A DNA stretch of 40,819 nt from Octopus bimaculoides (Eukaryota), in NCBI RefSeq assembly GCF_001194135.2, contig NC_068994.1, positions 29,895,138-29,935,956 of the forward strand. The letters run 5' to 3'. Below, piece after piece: positions 22,367-33,348 of this stretch. Both the position numbers and the translations under genes were made by a program. Position 1 is the stretch's first letter. Each line of letters starts with the position of its first letter. Under the pieces are notes generated by a model. The model ran no database searches, was not told where the DNA came from, and was given only the letters and a program-made list of their open reading frames with translations.

Positions 22367-23505
22367 TTGTGAGTGATGAGGCCGTATCCCACACTGCCTG
22401 ATATTTTAATCATCTCAGCAGTGATACCTGATGGTCCAGGAGATTTCCTAGTCTTCATTTTCTTAATTGCCTCATCTATTATACTACTATCAACTCTGAT
22501 TGCTGGTCTCTCAATTGGTTCGATATTTGAAAGACTCTCCATCTTGCAGTCATTCTCCACATTTAATAACCTTTCATAATGGCATCTCCACACATCTTTC
22601 TTCTCTGAGTTACTAAGCACAAGCACGTAAACTTTGCCCAGGCTATTCTTATTCTAGCAGCTATACTCTCAGAGCATCCACCCAACTACTGACTTGGTCA
22701 CCTAGGTAACGGAAGCTATCAACTATTTCTAGTTTTTCCCCCTGGCATGTGACAGAATCTGTTTTCTGTACATTTTCATTCCTATTGCCCCTAAGCATTT
22801 GCCACACACAAAAACTATCTTCCCAGTTAACCTTCCTTTGATATTGCTGCACCTCTTATGTGTCCATAGCTTACACCTTACGGAGTTCCTACCTACACCT
22901 TTTCTACAGATCGAGTAGAGCCATCTACCTGAAGAGATTTCTGATTTGTCTGCCTTCCTACTTATTAAGACTTTGGTTTTTGCTAGGTTGACTCTAAGGC
23001 CCTTAAATTCTAGACCTTGCTTCCACACCTGAAACTTCTTTTCTAGTTCTCATGTTGACTCAGCTACTAGAGCAAGGTCATCAGCATAGAGAGTTCCCAG
23101 AGGCATCCTGTCTTGAATTCCTCTGTTATTGCCTGGAGGACTATGATGAATAAGAGGGGGCTGAGGACTGATCCTTGGACCCCTACCCCTACCTGGAATT
23201 CTTCACTATACTTGTTGCCAACCCTCACCTTACAGACAGCATCCCTGTACATAGCTTGTACAGCTCTCGCTAACCACTCATTTATCCCTAGTTTCTGCAT
23301 TGACCACCAGATAAGAGATCAGGGGACCCTGTCAAAGGCTTTCTCCATATCAACGAAAGCCCGGTACAGAGGTTTATCTTTGACGAGGTATTTCTCCTAC
23401 ATCTCGTCTAAACTAACTCTCTCCCTAATTACCTGATCCAACTTGATACCTCTGTAATTATTCATATCTAATGCATCACCTTTACCTTTGTAGCAGTTGG
23501 GTATG
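22367..23505 (-). pseudogene. RTE-clade LINE reverse-transcriptase remnant (two fragments in scrambled order)
   Basis: NCYKGKGDALDMNNYRGI, AFVDMEKAFDRVP, QGSVLSPLLF, YADDL, FRYLGDQ and ARIRIAWAKF occupy 23505-22629. They are followed by EKKDVWRCHYERLLN...KSPGPSGITAEMIK (22628-22367). Confidence 0.9.
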
Positions 23506-23894
23506 AATCAAATGTTCAAACAAAATATGACACTCTAACTCTCCTCTGAGGGCAATAACTCCAAATAAAAACTGACTGGGACCTTGATGTTGATGAGTGA
23601 GAGTAGTAGCAGTTTGGAGGATGGTGGATTACAGAATCAGCACAACACTAGACAAAATATCTTGCCTAACTTAGTTACATCTTTTTACATTCTGAAATTG
23701 AGCATTGTTGGGGATCAGCTTTGTGTGCCTTCCTTCTAGGTCAATGAAATAAGTATCCAGTAAAATACAGAAATCAGTTAAATATAGTGTATCCCTGTCC
23801 ACAAATTAGTAATTTCTTGTCTATTTTGAAAATTGTTGTAGTAATCATATTGCTGCTGCTTCTTCTTCTTCTTCTTTATTACATATGTCCAAGT

Positions 23895-24105
23895 GTAGCA
23901 GTGGGGAAAGAAGTTTACATCCCAACCACATGGTTCTGGGTTCAGTCCCACTACATGGCACATTGGGGAAGTGTCTTCTGCTCCAAGCCAACCAGAACCT
24001 TGTGAGTGAATTTGGTAGACAGAAACTGAAAGAAGCCCATCATGTGTGTGTGTGTATATGTTTATGTGTACATATGTGTGTGTTTGTTACTGTCTCCTTG
24101 CCTTG
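23895..24105 (+). mobile_element. SINE family A (5' half)
   Basis: CCAACCACATGGTTCTGGGTTCAGTCCCACT...GGTAGACAGAAACTGAAAGAAGCCC followed by (GT)n. Confidence 0.75.
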
Positions 24106-24185
24106 ACATTTTGTATCAGTTTTTGTTTGTGGCAGATGTTCAGGTGCAATAAAGACTGTAAACAAACAGGAAACAACTTCTATCT

Positions 24186-25231
24186 CATTTCAGAGTGAAA
24201 AACTAGAGGTAGTCGATAGCTTCCGCTATCTGGGCGACCAAGTTAGTAGTGGGGGTGGGTGCGCTGAAAGTGTAGCTGCTAGAATAAGAATAGCCTGGGC
24301 AAAGTTTAGAGAGCTCTTACCCCTGCTGGCGACAAAGGGACTCTCACTCAGAGTAAAAGGCAGACTGTATGACGCATGCATACGAACAGCCATGCTACAT
24401 GGCAGTGAAACATGGGTTGTAACTGCTGAGGACATACGTAAGCTTGCAAGGAATGAAGCCAGTNNNNNNNNNNNNNNNNNNNNNNNNNNNNNNNNNNNNN
24501 NNNNNNNNNNNNNNNNNNNNNNNNNNNNNNNNNNNNNNNNNNNNNNNNNNNNNNNNNNNNNNNNNNNNNNNNNNNNNNNNNNNNNNNNNNNNNNNNNNNN
24601 NNNNNNNNNNNNNNNNNNNNNNNNNNNNNNNNNNNNNNNNNNNNNNNNNNNNNNNNNNNNNNNNNNNNNNNNNNNNNNNNNNNNNNNNNNNNNNNNNNNN
24701 NNNNNNNNNNNNNNNNNNNNNNNNNNNNNNNNNNNNNNNNNNNNNNNNNNNNNNNNNNNNNNNNNNNNNNNNNNNNNNNNNNNNNNNNNNNNNNNNNNNN
24801 NNNNNNNNNNNNNNNNNNNNNNNNNNNNNNNNNNNNNNNNNNNNNNNNNNNNNNNNNNNNNNNNNNNNNNNNNNNNNNNNNNNNNNNNNNNNNNNNNNNN
24901 NNNNNNNNNNNNNNNNNNNNNNNNNNNNNNNNNNNNNNNNNNNNNNNNNNNNNNNNNNNNNNNNNNNNNNNNNNNNNNNNNNNNNNNNNNNNGTGCGGGT
25001 GGCACATAAAAGACACCATTTCGAGCGTGGCCGTTTTCGTGCGGGTGACACGTAAAAGCACCCACTACACTCTCTGAGTGGTTGGCGTTAGGAAGGGCAT
25101 CCAGCTGTAGAAACTCTGCCAAATTAGACTGGAGCCTGGTGTTGCCATCCGGTTTCACCAGTCCTCAGTCAAATCGTCCAACCCATGCTAGCATGGAAAG
25201 CGGACGTTAAACGATGATGATGATGATGATG
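24186..25231 (+). mobile_element. 5'-truncated young RTE LINE with (GAT)n tail
   Basis: EKLEVVDSFRYLGDQVSSGGGCAESVAARIRIAWAKFRELLPLL...MLHGSETW is open up to the gap. The 3' UTR ends GGACGTTAAACGATGATGATG. Confidence 0.9.
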
Positions 25232-25284
25232 CAAGCGGTGTCTTTGTTTCCAATATTCTGGAAATATTACTTACTTTAAAACAA

Positions 25285-25400
25285 GTGAGTGTTGACAACA
25301 TGGAAGGACATTCAGCTGTAGAAAATCCACCTGGATGAAAATTTCTTCCAAAACATGCAGCATGGAAAAGTTGATGTTAAAATGATGATGATGATGATAG
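25285..25400 (+). mobile_element. Old RTE 3' tail
   Basis: GGAAGGACATTCAGCTGTAGAAAATC...CAGCATGGAAAAG..GATGTTAAAATGATGATG. Confidence 0.5.
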
Positions 25401-25936
25401 TGACAATGACATTGTTGTTGACAATGATGACAACAGCAATGACGATGATATAAACGATGATTGATATAAAATACTTGCCTTCATGTTAACCATCAAGCCT
25501 TAACAAAAGGCTTTAGGCAGAAAACTATGAGCTGTTCCACTGAGGGAAGATTTTTGGAACACTTACATGTTTGTGTTGATACACAACCATTCCCAGTGGC
25601 ATGATGACAAAGCTTTTTGAGGATTGAGCTTAATGTTTCAATAATAACTGATACAACTTTTACTTTGGCTACTTAGCATCCCCACATTCTTGATATGTTT
25701 GCTTTTAAACCTGCATCTTTAATTTTTTCTACTTCTTTGTCTGAAAGAATTACAACATCTAATATAAGTTATTCTCTCTTTTTTTTAATATCACTTATAA
25801 TGATATTTGGTCTGTGATATTCAATTGTCCTATCTATCTCAATGCCAAAATCCCTTAGAGTTTTTGGTTTTACAAGGTTCATTTGGAGCCTCTTCTGGTA
25901 CATGCTTGCTCATTATCATTAATATTATCATTATTT

Positions 25937-26133
25937 AGGCAATGAGCTGGCAGAATCATTAGCATCCCAGGTGGAAGGCTTAGCAACATTTTGTCCATCT
26001 TTACATTCAAAGGTTGACTTCGCCTTTCGTCATTTTGGGGTTGATAAGATAAGTACCAATTGAATGCTGGAGTCAGTGTAATCAACTATCTCCCTCCCAA
26101 AAAGTTTTAAGCCTTGTGCCTATAGTAGAAAGA

Positions 26134-26180
<47 letters not shown>
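25937..26180 (+). mobile_element. SINE family B ending in an expanded (ATT)n tail
   Basis: AGGCAATGAGCTGGCAGAATCATTAGC...GCCTTGTGCCTATAGTAGAAAGA followed by (ATT)n at 26134-26180. Confidence 0.75.
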
Positions 26181-26183
<3 letters not shown>

Positions 26184-28404
26184 CACTACAGATTAGACTG
26201 TTGGAAAAGAAAAAAAATCCTAACATCGGACTACAACAAGTAACCTTAGATGCCAAGAACCCTCCTAAGTTTCCTTGCTACCCCTAATAACACTGTTTTC
26301 TGGAGCTGTACTAAACTGGGTTTTATGCCTATTTCCTCTATCCATCTGTTCAAATCTTTAGAGAAAGTTTCCAATGCACCTATAACTATTATGATACATT
26401 TTACCCACACATTCCATAGTCTCTGTAATTCAATGGCTAGGTCCTGGTACTTTGCTATTTTTTCTATATCTCTCATATTGATTTTTTCATCATTTGGGAC
26501 TAAAGTCAATTATCTGGCATTTTCTATTCTCTTTATCTTCTACTACTAAATCAGACACCTGAGTAGAGATCCATTTCTTCGTGCTAAAGCTGATTAATTC
26601 TCTTATGTTGTCTGCTATACTAAATATACTCAAACATTCACTTATCCATGAATATGGGATCATGTCACTCACATGCTATTATTAGATTTTTTCTTTCTAG
26701 TTTTTACTTCATTTAGAACTGCTTTGTCTATTTATAATAGATCATGTGTTCCTCTTGCCTTTTTCCTGTAACCTTTCTGTTCTTCTGGCAGTAAATTCTG
26801 GTTGTCAAGCTGCTCATAAATGCTTTCTGAAAGCATTTCTGTTAACTGTTTCCACTCTAATGGTATGCAAGTAATTGGTCTATAGTCGCTAGCTGTACAG
26901 CCTTTGCTCTTATCTTTCATAATGAGTTTGTCTTCCCTCTAGTCATCCAATCTGGTATTATTCCTCCATTAAGGCAATCCTGAATTCATTCCCTCAGCCT
27001 CCCATGTAAACTACTAAATCTGGTCCTGGCCCTTCTAGTTCAGCATTGTTCCTAACACTTTACTCATTAATGCACTAGTTAGTCTTAGATCTCGCTGCTT
27101 CTCACTCACTACTTCTTTCCATACTTTCTTTAACAATACTGCATCTCTATTACCATTGCCTGGCTTATCCCAAATATTAGTCCAGAACTTTCTAGCTTCT
27201 GTTGCATTAGGTTTCTTATCTCCAGTACTTCATTCTCCACTATTTATTTGGTTATAAAATCTCCTCTGGTCTGTCTCAAATAATCTATTCTGTTGATACT
27301 GAACTATTCTTTTCTGATATCTGGAGAGCTTGCCTACTATTGCTATGATATGTTGTTTCAACTCTTCTATTACTGTCCCAAATCCTTTCTCTTTGACTGA
27401 GTATCTTTTCTCTAGAGAAGATTTGTATCTTGTGTTTCCTAACTTGTTCAGTTTCCCGACTTCTATTCTACTCAGATTTTGTCTTAAAGTCTTCACTTTA
27501 TTTTGTAGCCTCTTTTTCCCCATTTGCTCTTTTTTAATCTTTCCTTGTGATATATCTAATCTTCTAGTGACTACTGCCCCTCCTGCACAGATCAGTAAGT
27601 TAGCATCTCCTATATTTTAATATCTATCCTACTGATAACTGAATCTACTTTCCTAGTCATATCTAGCAGCTTTCTTCTGTTGATGCCCTTTAATGCTGGC
27701 AATCTTTTTCTTACTTCTTTACTCATTACTTCTTGCAATTCATCTAAAATCTTCTGATCTTCCTCACTTAAATTCCTTAAGTCACTGGTGCCAGTTGTCC
27801 CTTCTTTATTGGTAGCACTATTATTATTTTTTCCCTTAGATTCTTCTTTGGTTCGAGTTGTATCTCTTATGCTGCTGTTTGTCTTTCCCACTGCCTGGTC
27901 TTTCTTTTCCAGTTTTCCTGGGACCTCTTCTACCTCCATTTCTGTCATCCACTTTCTTCTCCTAATAATATTAGCTTGATCAACTAATCTCTACTCAGTC
28001 ACTTTAAACATACCCTTCTCTACCCAAAGTGTTAACATCCGTTTTCTATAGCCCCCTTTTTTAGGTTCACTTTCTAAGTAGCACTGCATCACTATCCTGC
28101 TTCCTTCGCTTGTCCACTTTCTCCTCCTTGCTCTATTATCTGCTGATGCTGTATTCGGATAACAGCTGTGGTCATTCTGCATCTTTACTCATCCACTGCC
28201 AAGTGAGAGGCCTTCCCTTAAAGGTCCAGCTTCATTTTCCCTGTTACAACCAGAATTTCTTCGGAAGCACCTGTCTCTCATAAACTGAGGTAAGGTAACG
28301 TTCGTCACCATGGTAATCACCACTATTATTTTCCAACATCTGATTGTAACTTTCTGTTGCATCATTTGTTGCACCTTTGTGCTGGTAGGGTGACATGTGC
28401 TGCA

Positions 28405-28406
<2 letters not shown>
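26181..28406 (-). mobile_element. R4/Dong-type non-LTR retrotransposon with restriction-like endonuclease, internally deleted
   Basis: N-terminal RRRKWTSEGSRIVMQCYLESEPKKGGYRKRMLTLWVEKGMFKVTE; RT start DYRPITCIPL...LPEEQKGYRKKARGTHDLL; RLE DLVVEDKENRKCQIIDF...EKIAKYQDLAIELQRLW...IVIGAL...LQKTVLLGVARKLRRVL*. (TAA)n flanks both ends, the known target of Dong-type elements. Confidence 0.9.
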
Positions 28407-28440
<34 letters not shown>

Positions 28441-28460
28441 CATTATTATTATTATTATTA
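28407..28460. repeat. (TTA)n microsatellite
   Basis: Seen directly; it forms the 5' flank of the R4/Dong element. Confidence 0.95.
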
Positions 28461-28461
28461 A

Positions 28462-28493
28462 CTAATTTTTGTTAAATCATTCTTGTATTTCAG
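28462..28493 (+). promoter_or_regulatory. Candidate branch point and 3' splice acceptor for the ZNF exon
   Basis: CTAAT at 28462-28466, then TTCTTGTATTTCAG with AG at 28492-28493. All three frames close soon after, so the start of this exon would be 5' UTR. Confidence 0.5.
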
Positions 28494-28805
28494 AGTCCAC
28501 CATACAATTCTCACTTCTTCATGAATAATTCATTATTTCCTGCAACAACTCGAGATTTCCATTGATGTAGAAAATCTAAAGCTTATATATACATATATAC
28601 TTTAAAAAGATGCGTTTCTGCTTTGAATTTTAACCAAATATGGGTTCTTTAGCCCTGAGTGGGTTCAATGGTAACCACTCTCCATCAGTAGCATCTCAAC
28701 TGCTGAAGAAATACACATTCTCAACCAGTTTTCCCTAATGACTTCCACCTGGAACAATCACCATGGGCCTTTAGTTTAGAGAAGTGCAGCACAAAAGATA
28801 ACAAT

Positions 28806-29957
28806 ATGTCTCAGCAAACATATATTCAAGATTTATCATCCAGTATAAATAGTTCGGTGACTAGTCAGAATTCTTCTACACCTGTCAACAGCACAGATAA
28901 CAGTTTATGCACAAAAAACCTCCAGTTAATGCCATCACTTCAACTTCTACAGCAAGACCAAAAATCAAAAACTTCCATTTCTGATCAACTTAGTTACAAA
29001 AACAACATGATTTGCCATGTCAGTGGATACCAGGCCAACAATATCAGGACCACTGTTTCAAAATCACTTAATATTCCTAATGTGAGGTGTCAGAGAAATC
29101 ATGAAGAACATTCTCAATCTGATAAAGATAGGTGTACTGCTGCTGGCCAGGATTTTGAGTCCCAACGATTTCACTGCTCGGTGTGCAATAAAAGTTATGC
29201 ACGATCTAATCAACTGGTATGCCACAACAGGGTCCACACAGGAGAAAAACCTTATGCCTGCGATGTTTGCGAAAAAAAATTCACTCGGTCAGATCAGCTG
29301 AAATACCACAAACGCACCCACAGTGGAGAAAAACCTTACCAATGTACATTTTGCACAAAAAGTTTTGCACGTTCAGACAAACTGAAATGCCACATTCGTG
29401 TTCACACTGGTGAGAAACCATATCAGTGCAGAATCTGTGAAAAGCAGTTTGCTCGCTCTGACAAACTACGAGCCCATGATCGCATACATACTGGTGAGAA
29501 ACCCTATCATTGTGACCTTTGTCCAAAAATGTTTGCTCAGTCTGATAAGCTACGATGTCACAGACGTATCCATACAGGTGAGAAACCTTACCAATGCACT
29601 GAATGTGGGAAGCAGTTCTCCCGCTCTGACAAACTTGTCCAGCACAAACGAATTCACACCGGGGAAAGACCTTTTCACTGTAATATTTGCTCAAAACAGT
29701 TTCTCCGTTCTGACAAAATGCAGTTACACCGGAAAACTCATTTTGTTGCACCATCAACAGTTTTGTTATCAAAGGTTACTGGAAAACAACAGGGTCCAAA
29801 ATTGAACAACCACACAGAACCTCATCCCACAATCAGTCCAACATTAACCAACGATGATGTCATCTGCATTGATGACACTGAACTGGCTGTCCTTAACAAC
29901 AAAAATTTAAAGGAATACATACCTAATAACCCCTATTTCTGGCCGGCAGTCAACTGA
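28806..29957 (+). CDS. C2H2 zinc-finger protein, 383 aa, 7 tandem fingers
   Basis: Intact ORF with seven C-x2-C-x12-H-x3-H fingers (29175-29741) joined by TGEKP/SGEKP/TGERP linkers, and an S/Q/N-rich N-terminus. The frame is open back to a TGA at 28704, so an N-terminal extension by splicing is possible. Confidence 0.95.
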   Translation: MSQQTYIQDLSSSINSSVTSQNSSTPVNSTDNSLCTKNLQLMPSLQLLQQDQKSKTSISDQLSYKNNMICHVSGYQANNIRTTVSKSLNIPNVRCQRNHEEHSQSDKDRCTAAGQDFESQRFHCSVCNKSYARSNQLVCHNRVHTGEKPYACDVCEKKFTRSDQLKYHKRTHSGEKPYQCTFCTKSFARSDKLKCHIRVHTGEKPYQCRICEKQFARSDKLRAHDRIHTGEKPYHCDLCPKMFAQSDKLRCHRRIHTGEKPYQCTECGKQFSRSDKLVQHKRIHTGERPFHCNICSKQFLRSDKMQLHRKTHFVAPSTVLLSKVTGKQQGPKLNNHTEPHPTISPTLTNDDVICIDDTELAVLNNKNLKEYIPNNPYFWPAVN

Positions 29958-30689
29958 GGAAAGAATATAAACCCCCTTTAACCCCGCCTTCTGACCTACA
30001 ATCAATTACAGTTGTTGCTCAAGAAAAATGATATCTGTGATTTCACATCCAGGCAGGACTACAAACTGTATCATTATCTTGGTTTGCATAAACAATACTA
30101 TTATTCCCTACTACTTTCAAACTTGGATCCATCACATTTGCTCTTGTAGTAGTTTCCAAAGATACCATTTGCTACTCTTTGAAGATAACTTCTTCTACCA
30201 CTATGTTATTAACAATCCAAAGATAGGAGCTACTGCGTAACCACTTGACCTGTTAAAAATAACGGCCAAATCATCAAATCACACACAAATAACTCAGAAA
30301 AAAATGGAAGGATGCATAGTAACCACATACTCTATAATACTTTCACTATTTCATGGACCTTCAATTTTTATTGCATTTCTGACTGTGCTGAATCTAACTT
30401 CAATGGCAATCTTTTATTTTGATTCTATTTAGGGAATAATCTCACCACCATCATCATCCTCATGGCAACAGAGACTCTTCAGGGGTCTACCTAATCAAGG
30501 CAGAGTCAAGACTACAAAAAATCTGATTATGACAGACACCTCAAAAATTTACTCAATCAGGGCTGAATTAAAGCTAGACAATTGCCACACTTTCATGTCC
30601 CCTTCTGTTTCCTGCCATTAGAGCCAGATTCCTCTCTCTCTCTCTCTCTCTCTGATACACTTCTACCCAATGACAGCCTGCTTCAAAAT

Positions 30690-30758
30690 AATAAACTTCC
30701 TTCTCATTCAAAATATTCATGTTTCTCTTCTGAAATGTGTGTGTGTGTGTGTGTTGTT
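30690..30758 (+). promoter_or_regulatory. Candidate polyadenylation signal for the ZNF
   Basis: AATAAA at 30690-30695 followed by a GT-rich tract at about 30736-30758. Motif evidence only. Confidence 0.3.
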
Positions 30759-30838
30759 ATATTTGGGGATGATCAGATTTTTGCCAATTAACCACACACA
30801 CACCATAGGACTATATACTTAGTCTTTACTTCATATAT

Positions 30839-31646
30839 ATCATCATCATCATCATCATCATCGTTTAACGTCCGCTTTCCATGCTAGCATGGGTTGGACG
30901 ATTTGACTGAGGACTGGTGCAACCGGATGGCTACACCAGGCTCCAATCTAATTTGGCAGAGTTTCTACAGCTGGATGCCCTTCCTAACGCCAACCACTCA
31001 GAGAGTGTAATGGGTGCTTTTACATGTCACCCGCACGAAAACGGCCACGCTCGAAATGGTGTCTTTTATGTGCCACCCGCACAAAAGCCAGTCCAGGGGC
31101 ACTGGCAACGATCTGGCTCGAAANNNNNNNNNNNNNNNNNNNNNNNNNNNNNNNNNNNNNNNNNNNNNNNNNNNNNNNNNNNNNNNNNNNNNNNNNNNNN
31201 NNNNNNNNNNNNNNNNNNNNNNNNNNNNNNNNNNNNNNNNNNNNNNNNNNNNNNNNNNNNNNNNNNNNNNNNNNNNNNNNNNNNNNNNNNNNNNNNNNNN
31301 NNNNNNNNNNNNNNNNNNNNNNNNNNNNNNNNNNNNNNNNNNNNNNNNNNNNNNNNNNNNNNNNNNNNNNNNNNNNNNNNNNNNNNNNNGTATGCACATT
31401 TACATTACACATCCAGCGGAGCATACTGGCTTCATTCCTTGCGAGCTTACGCATGTCCTCAGCAGTCACAGCCCATGTTTCACTGCCATGTAGCATGGCT
31501 GTTCGTACACATGCGTCATACAGTCTGCCTTTTACCCTGTGTGAGAGTCCCTTGGTCGCCAGCAGAGGTAAGAGCTCTCTAAACTTGGCCCAGGCTATTC
31601 TTATTCAAGCAGTTACACTTTCAGCGCACCCACCCCCACTACTTAC

Positions 31647-31647
<1 letters not shown>
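30839..31647 (-). mobile_element. 5'-truncated young RTE LINE, same family as 24186-25231, inverted
   Basis: (CAT)n tail on the + strand and MLHGSETWAVTAEDMRKLARNEASMLRWMCNV. The 3' UTR is nearly identical to the + copy. Confidence 0.9.
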
Positions 31648-31686
<39 letters not shown>

Positions 31687-31809
31687 TATAAACCTTATTA
31701 ATAATTATCGCCAAGCTAACATGGCAGTCCAGAAAAATAGGACGAATGCTGTTTTCTTTTCTTATATATAAACTTTCTTTTCAAGTGCCGAATAACATCT
31801 TTCTTTCCC

Positions 31810-32925
31810 ATGTTCCCTCCCAGAAACCTTTCCCAGTTTTCAGAGTTAGCACTGTAAATGTAGTCACATTGAAATGTAGGTCTAAAGAGATTGTAGAGAT
31901 GCTTAAACAGAAGCATATTGATGTATGTTGTATCAAGAGGTAAGGTGAAGAGGATCTTCAGCCAGCTTCCTCACAGGCAAGACACATAGGTAGAAAATCT
32001 TCTGGGAAGGTAAGAATGATGGAGTAGGTGGTGCGGGCATACTTCTTGCAGAGAAATAGGTGGATAAGGTCATAGAGGTAGTCAGAGTGTGTGAAAGAGA
32101 ACTTAAGCTCAGGCTAGTCTTGCAGAATAGTATTGCTACAATTATATCTTCCTATGCCCCACAAGCGGGCCTACCAAATGAACAAAAGAACGCTTTTATG
32201 ATATTCTTCTGCAGGCTACCTCAAAGACGAGTGACAATGATCTCATCTTCGTGGCTGGGGATTTCAATGGACATGTCAGACAGCAGCCTGGTATCTTCCA
32301 TGGAACTGGCTTCCAAAACAAAGAAGGAACAAAGCTACTGTAGTTCTGTGATGTAGATAACCTTTTGATCTGCAACACCAACTTCAGGAAGCCAGCAAGC
32401 CACCTGATAACCTATCAATCAGGTGACTCTGCTAGTCAGATTGATTTCATTCTCACCAGAGAGTGGCATGCATGGTTGCTCTTAAATACGAAGACCCTCC
32501 CTGATGAAGAATTTAGCCCCCGTATAGACTAGTCATTAGCAACTTTAGACTCCAGGCCAGAAAGCTGCCAAGAAGCAGACCAGAAAAGAAGGATTTGGAA
32601 GCTTAAAGATCCTTCATATGGTCAGAGATTTAAGGACATCCTAATTGAGAAATTTGATGAGAGCGAGGAGGAGCTACAAACTCGTGACATAGAGGGCAAC
32701 TGGGAATTCCTGTGAGACAGCATGTGAATGCCACAGACCAAATTTGTGGCTGGGGCAAAGTGTCTTCCAGACCTAGGGTAATGTGGTGCTGGGACAATAC
32801 TGTAGACAGGGCCATTAGAACAAAGAAGCAAACCTGGAAGAGTGGGGGCAGCAGGGACCTGTATCAGATAGCCAAAAGGGAAGCTAGGAGACAGGTATAT
32901 CTTGCCAAGGGAGGAGCAGAAAAAA
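31810..32925 (+). pseudogene. RTE LINE apurinic-endonuclease domain remnant
   Basis: FRVSTVNVVTLKCRSKEIVEMLKQKHIDVCCI, SYAPQAG, AGDFNGHV and NTNFRKPASHLITYQSG...QIDFIL, with several stops and frameshifts. Confidence 0.9.
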
Positions 32926-33348
32926 AAGTTTACCTATATTCAGCAAAAAATGCTTTTATTCCATTTTAATTTCCTGTTACACAGGTGCTCCCCATTAACA
33001 AAGTTAGTTCCCTTCAACATGCTTATTAGTTTCTGACCTTCACTTCTTTCATATTCTGTCAGCTGATATAAGTACCAGCTGAGCACTGGAGTCAGTTTAG
33101 AGGTGTTCAGCTCATGATCATGTGGTCATGCATTCAGTTTCTGACTGGGCAGCACATTGTATCCTTCAGCAAACCTCCACATTGTTCCAATATACTCAGT
33201 TGTAATGAGGACTAGGGACTGAGTGGGTATCTGTCACTGCAACTACACTGGCACCTAATATAACTAGCAAAGACATGATCCATGTTGCCAAACCATACTT
33301 GTTCACAAGTGATGGTTGTCTGTCTTGTACATATCAATGTCAATATTC

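Larger units (their letters stand above)
2214..31389. other. Nine assembly gaps: 2214-2708, 3524-4360, 7062-7800, 10132-10400, 13009-13055, 13982-14081, 15568-16002, 24464-24992, 31124-31389
   Basis: N runs, most bordered by microsatellites or repeats. The 13982-14081 gap is exactly 100 N, so its true size may be unknown. ORFs made of X in the track are artefacts. Confidence 0.99.

Noticed and set aside
29101-29805. Overlapping alternative-frame and antisense ORFs inside the ZNF
   Set aside because: Expected shadows of a repetitive coding sequence.
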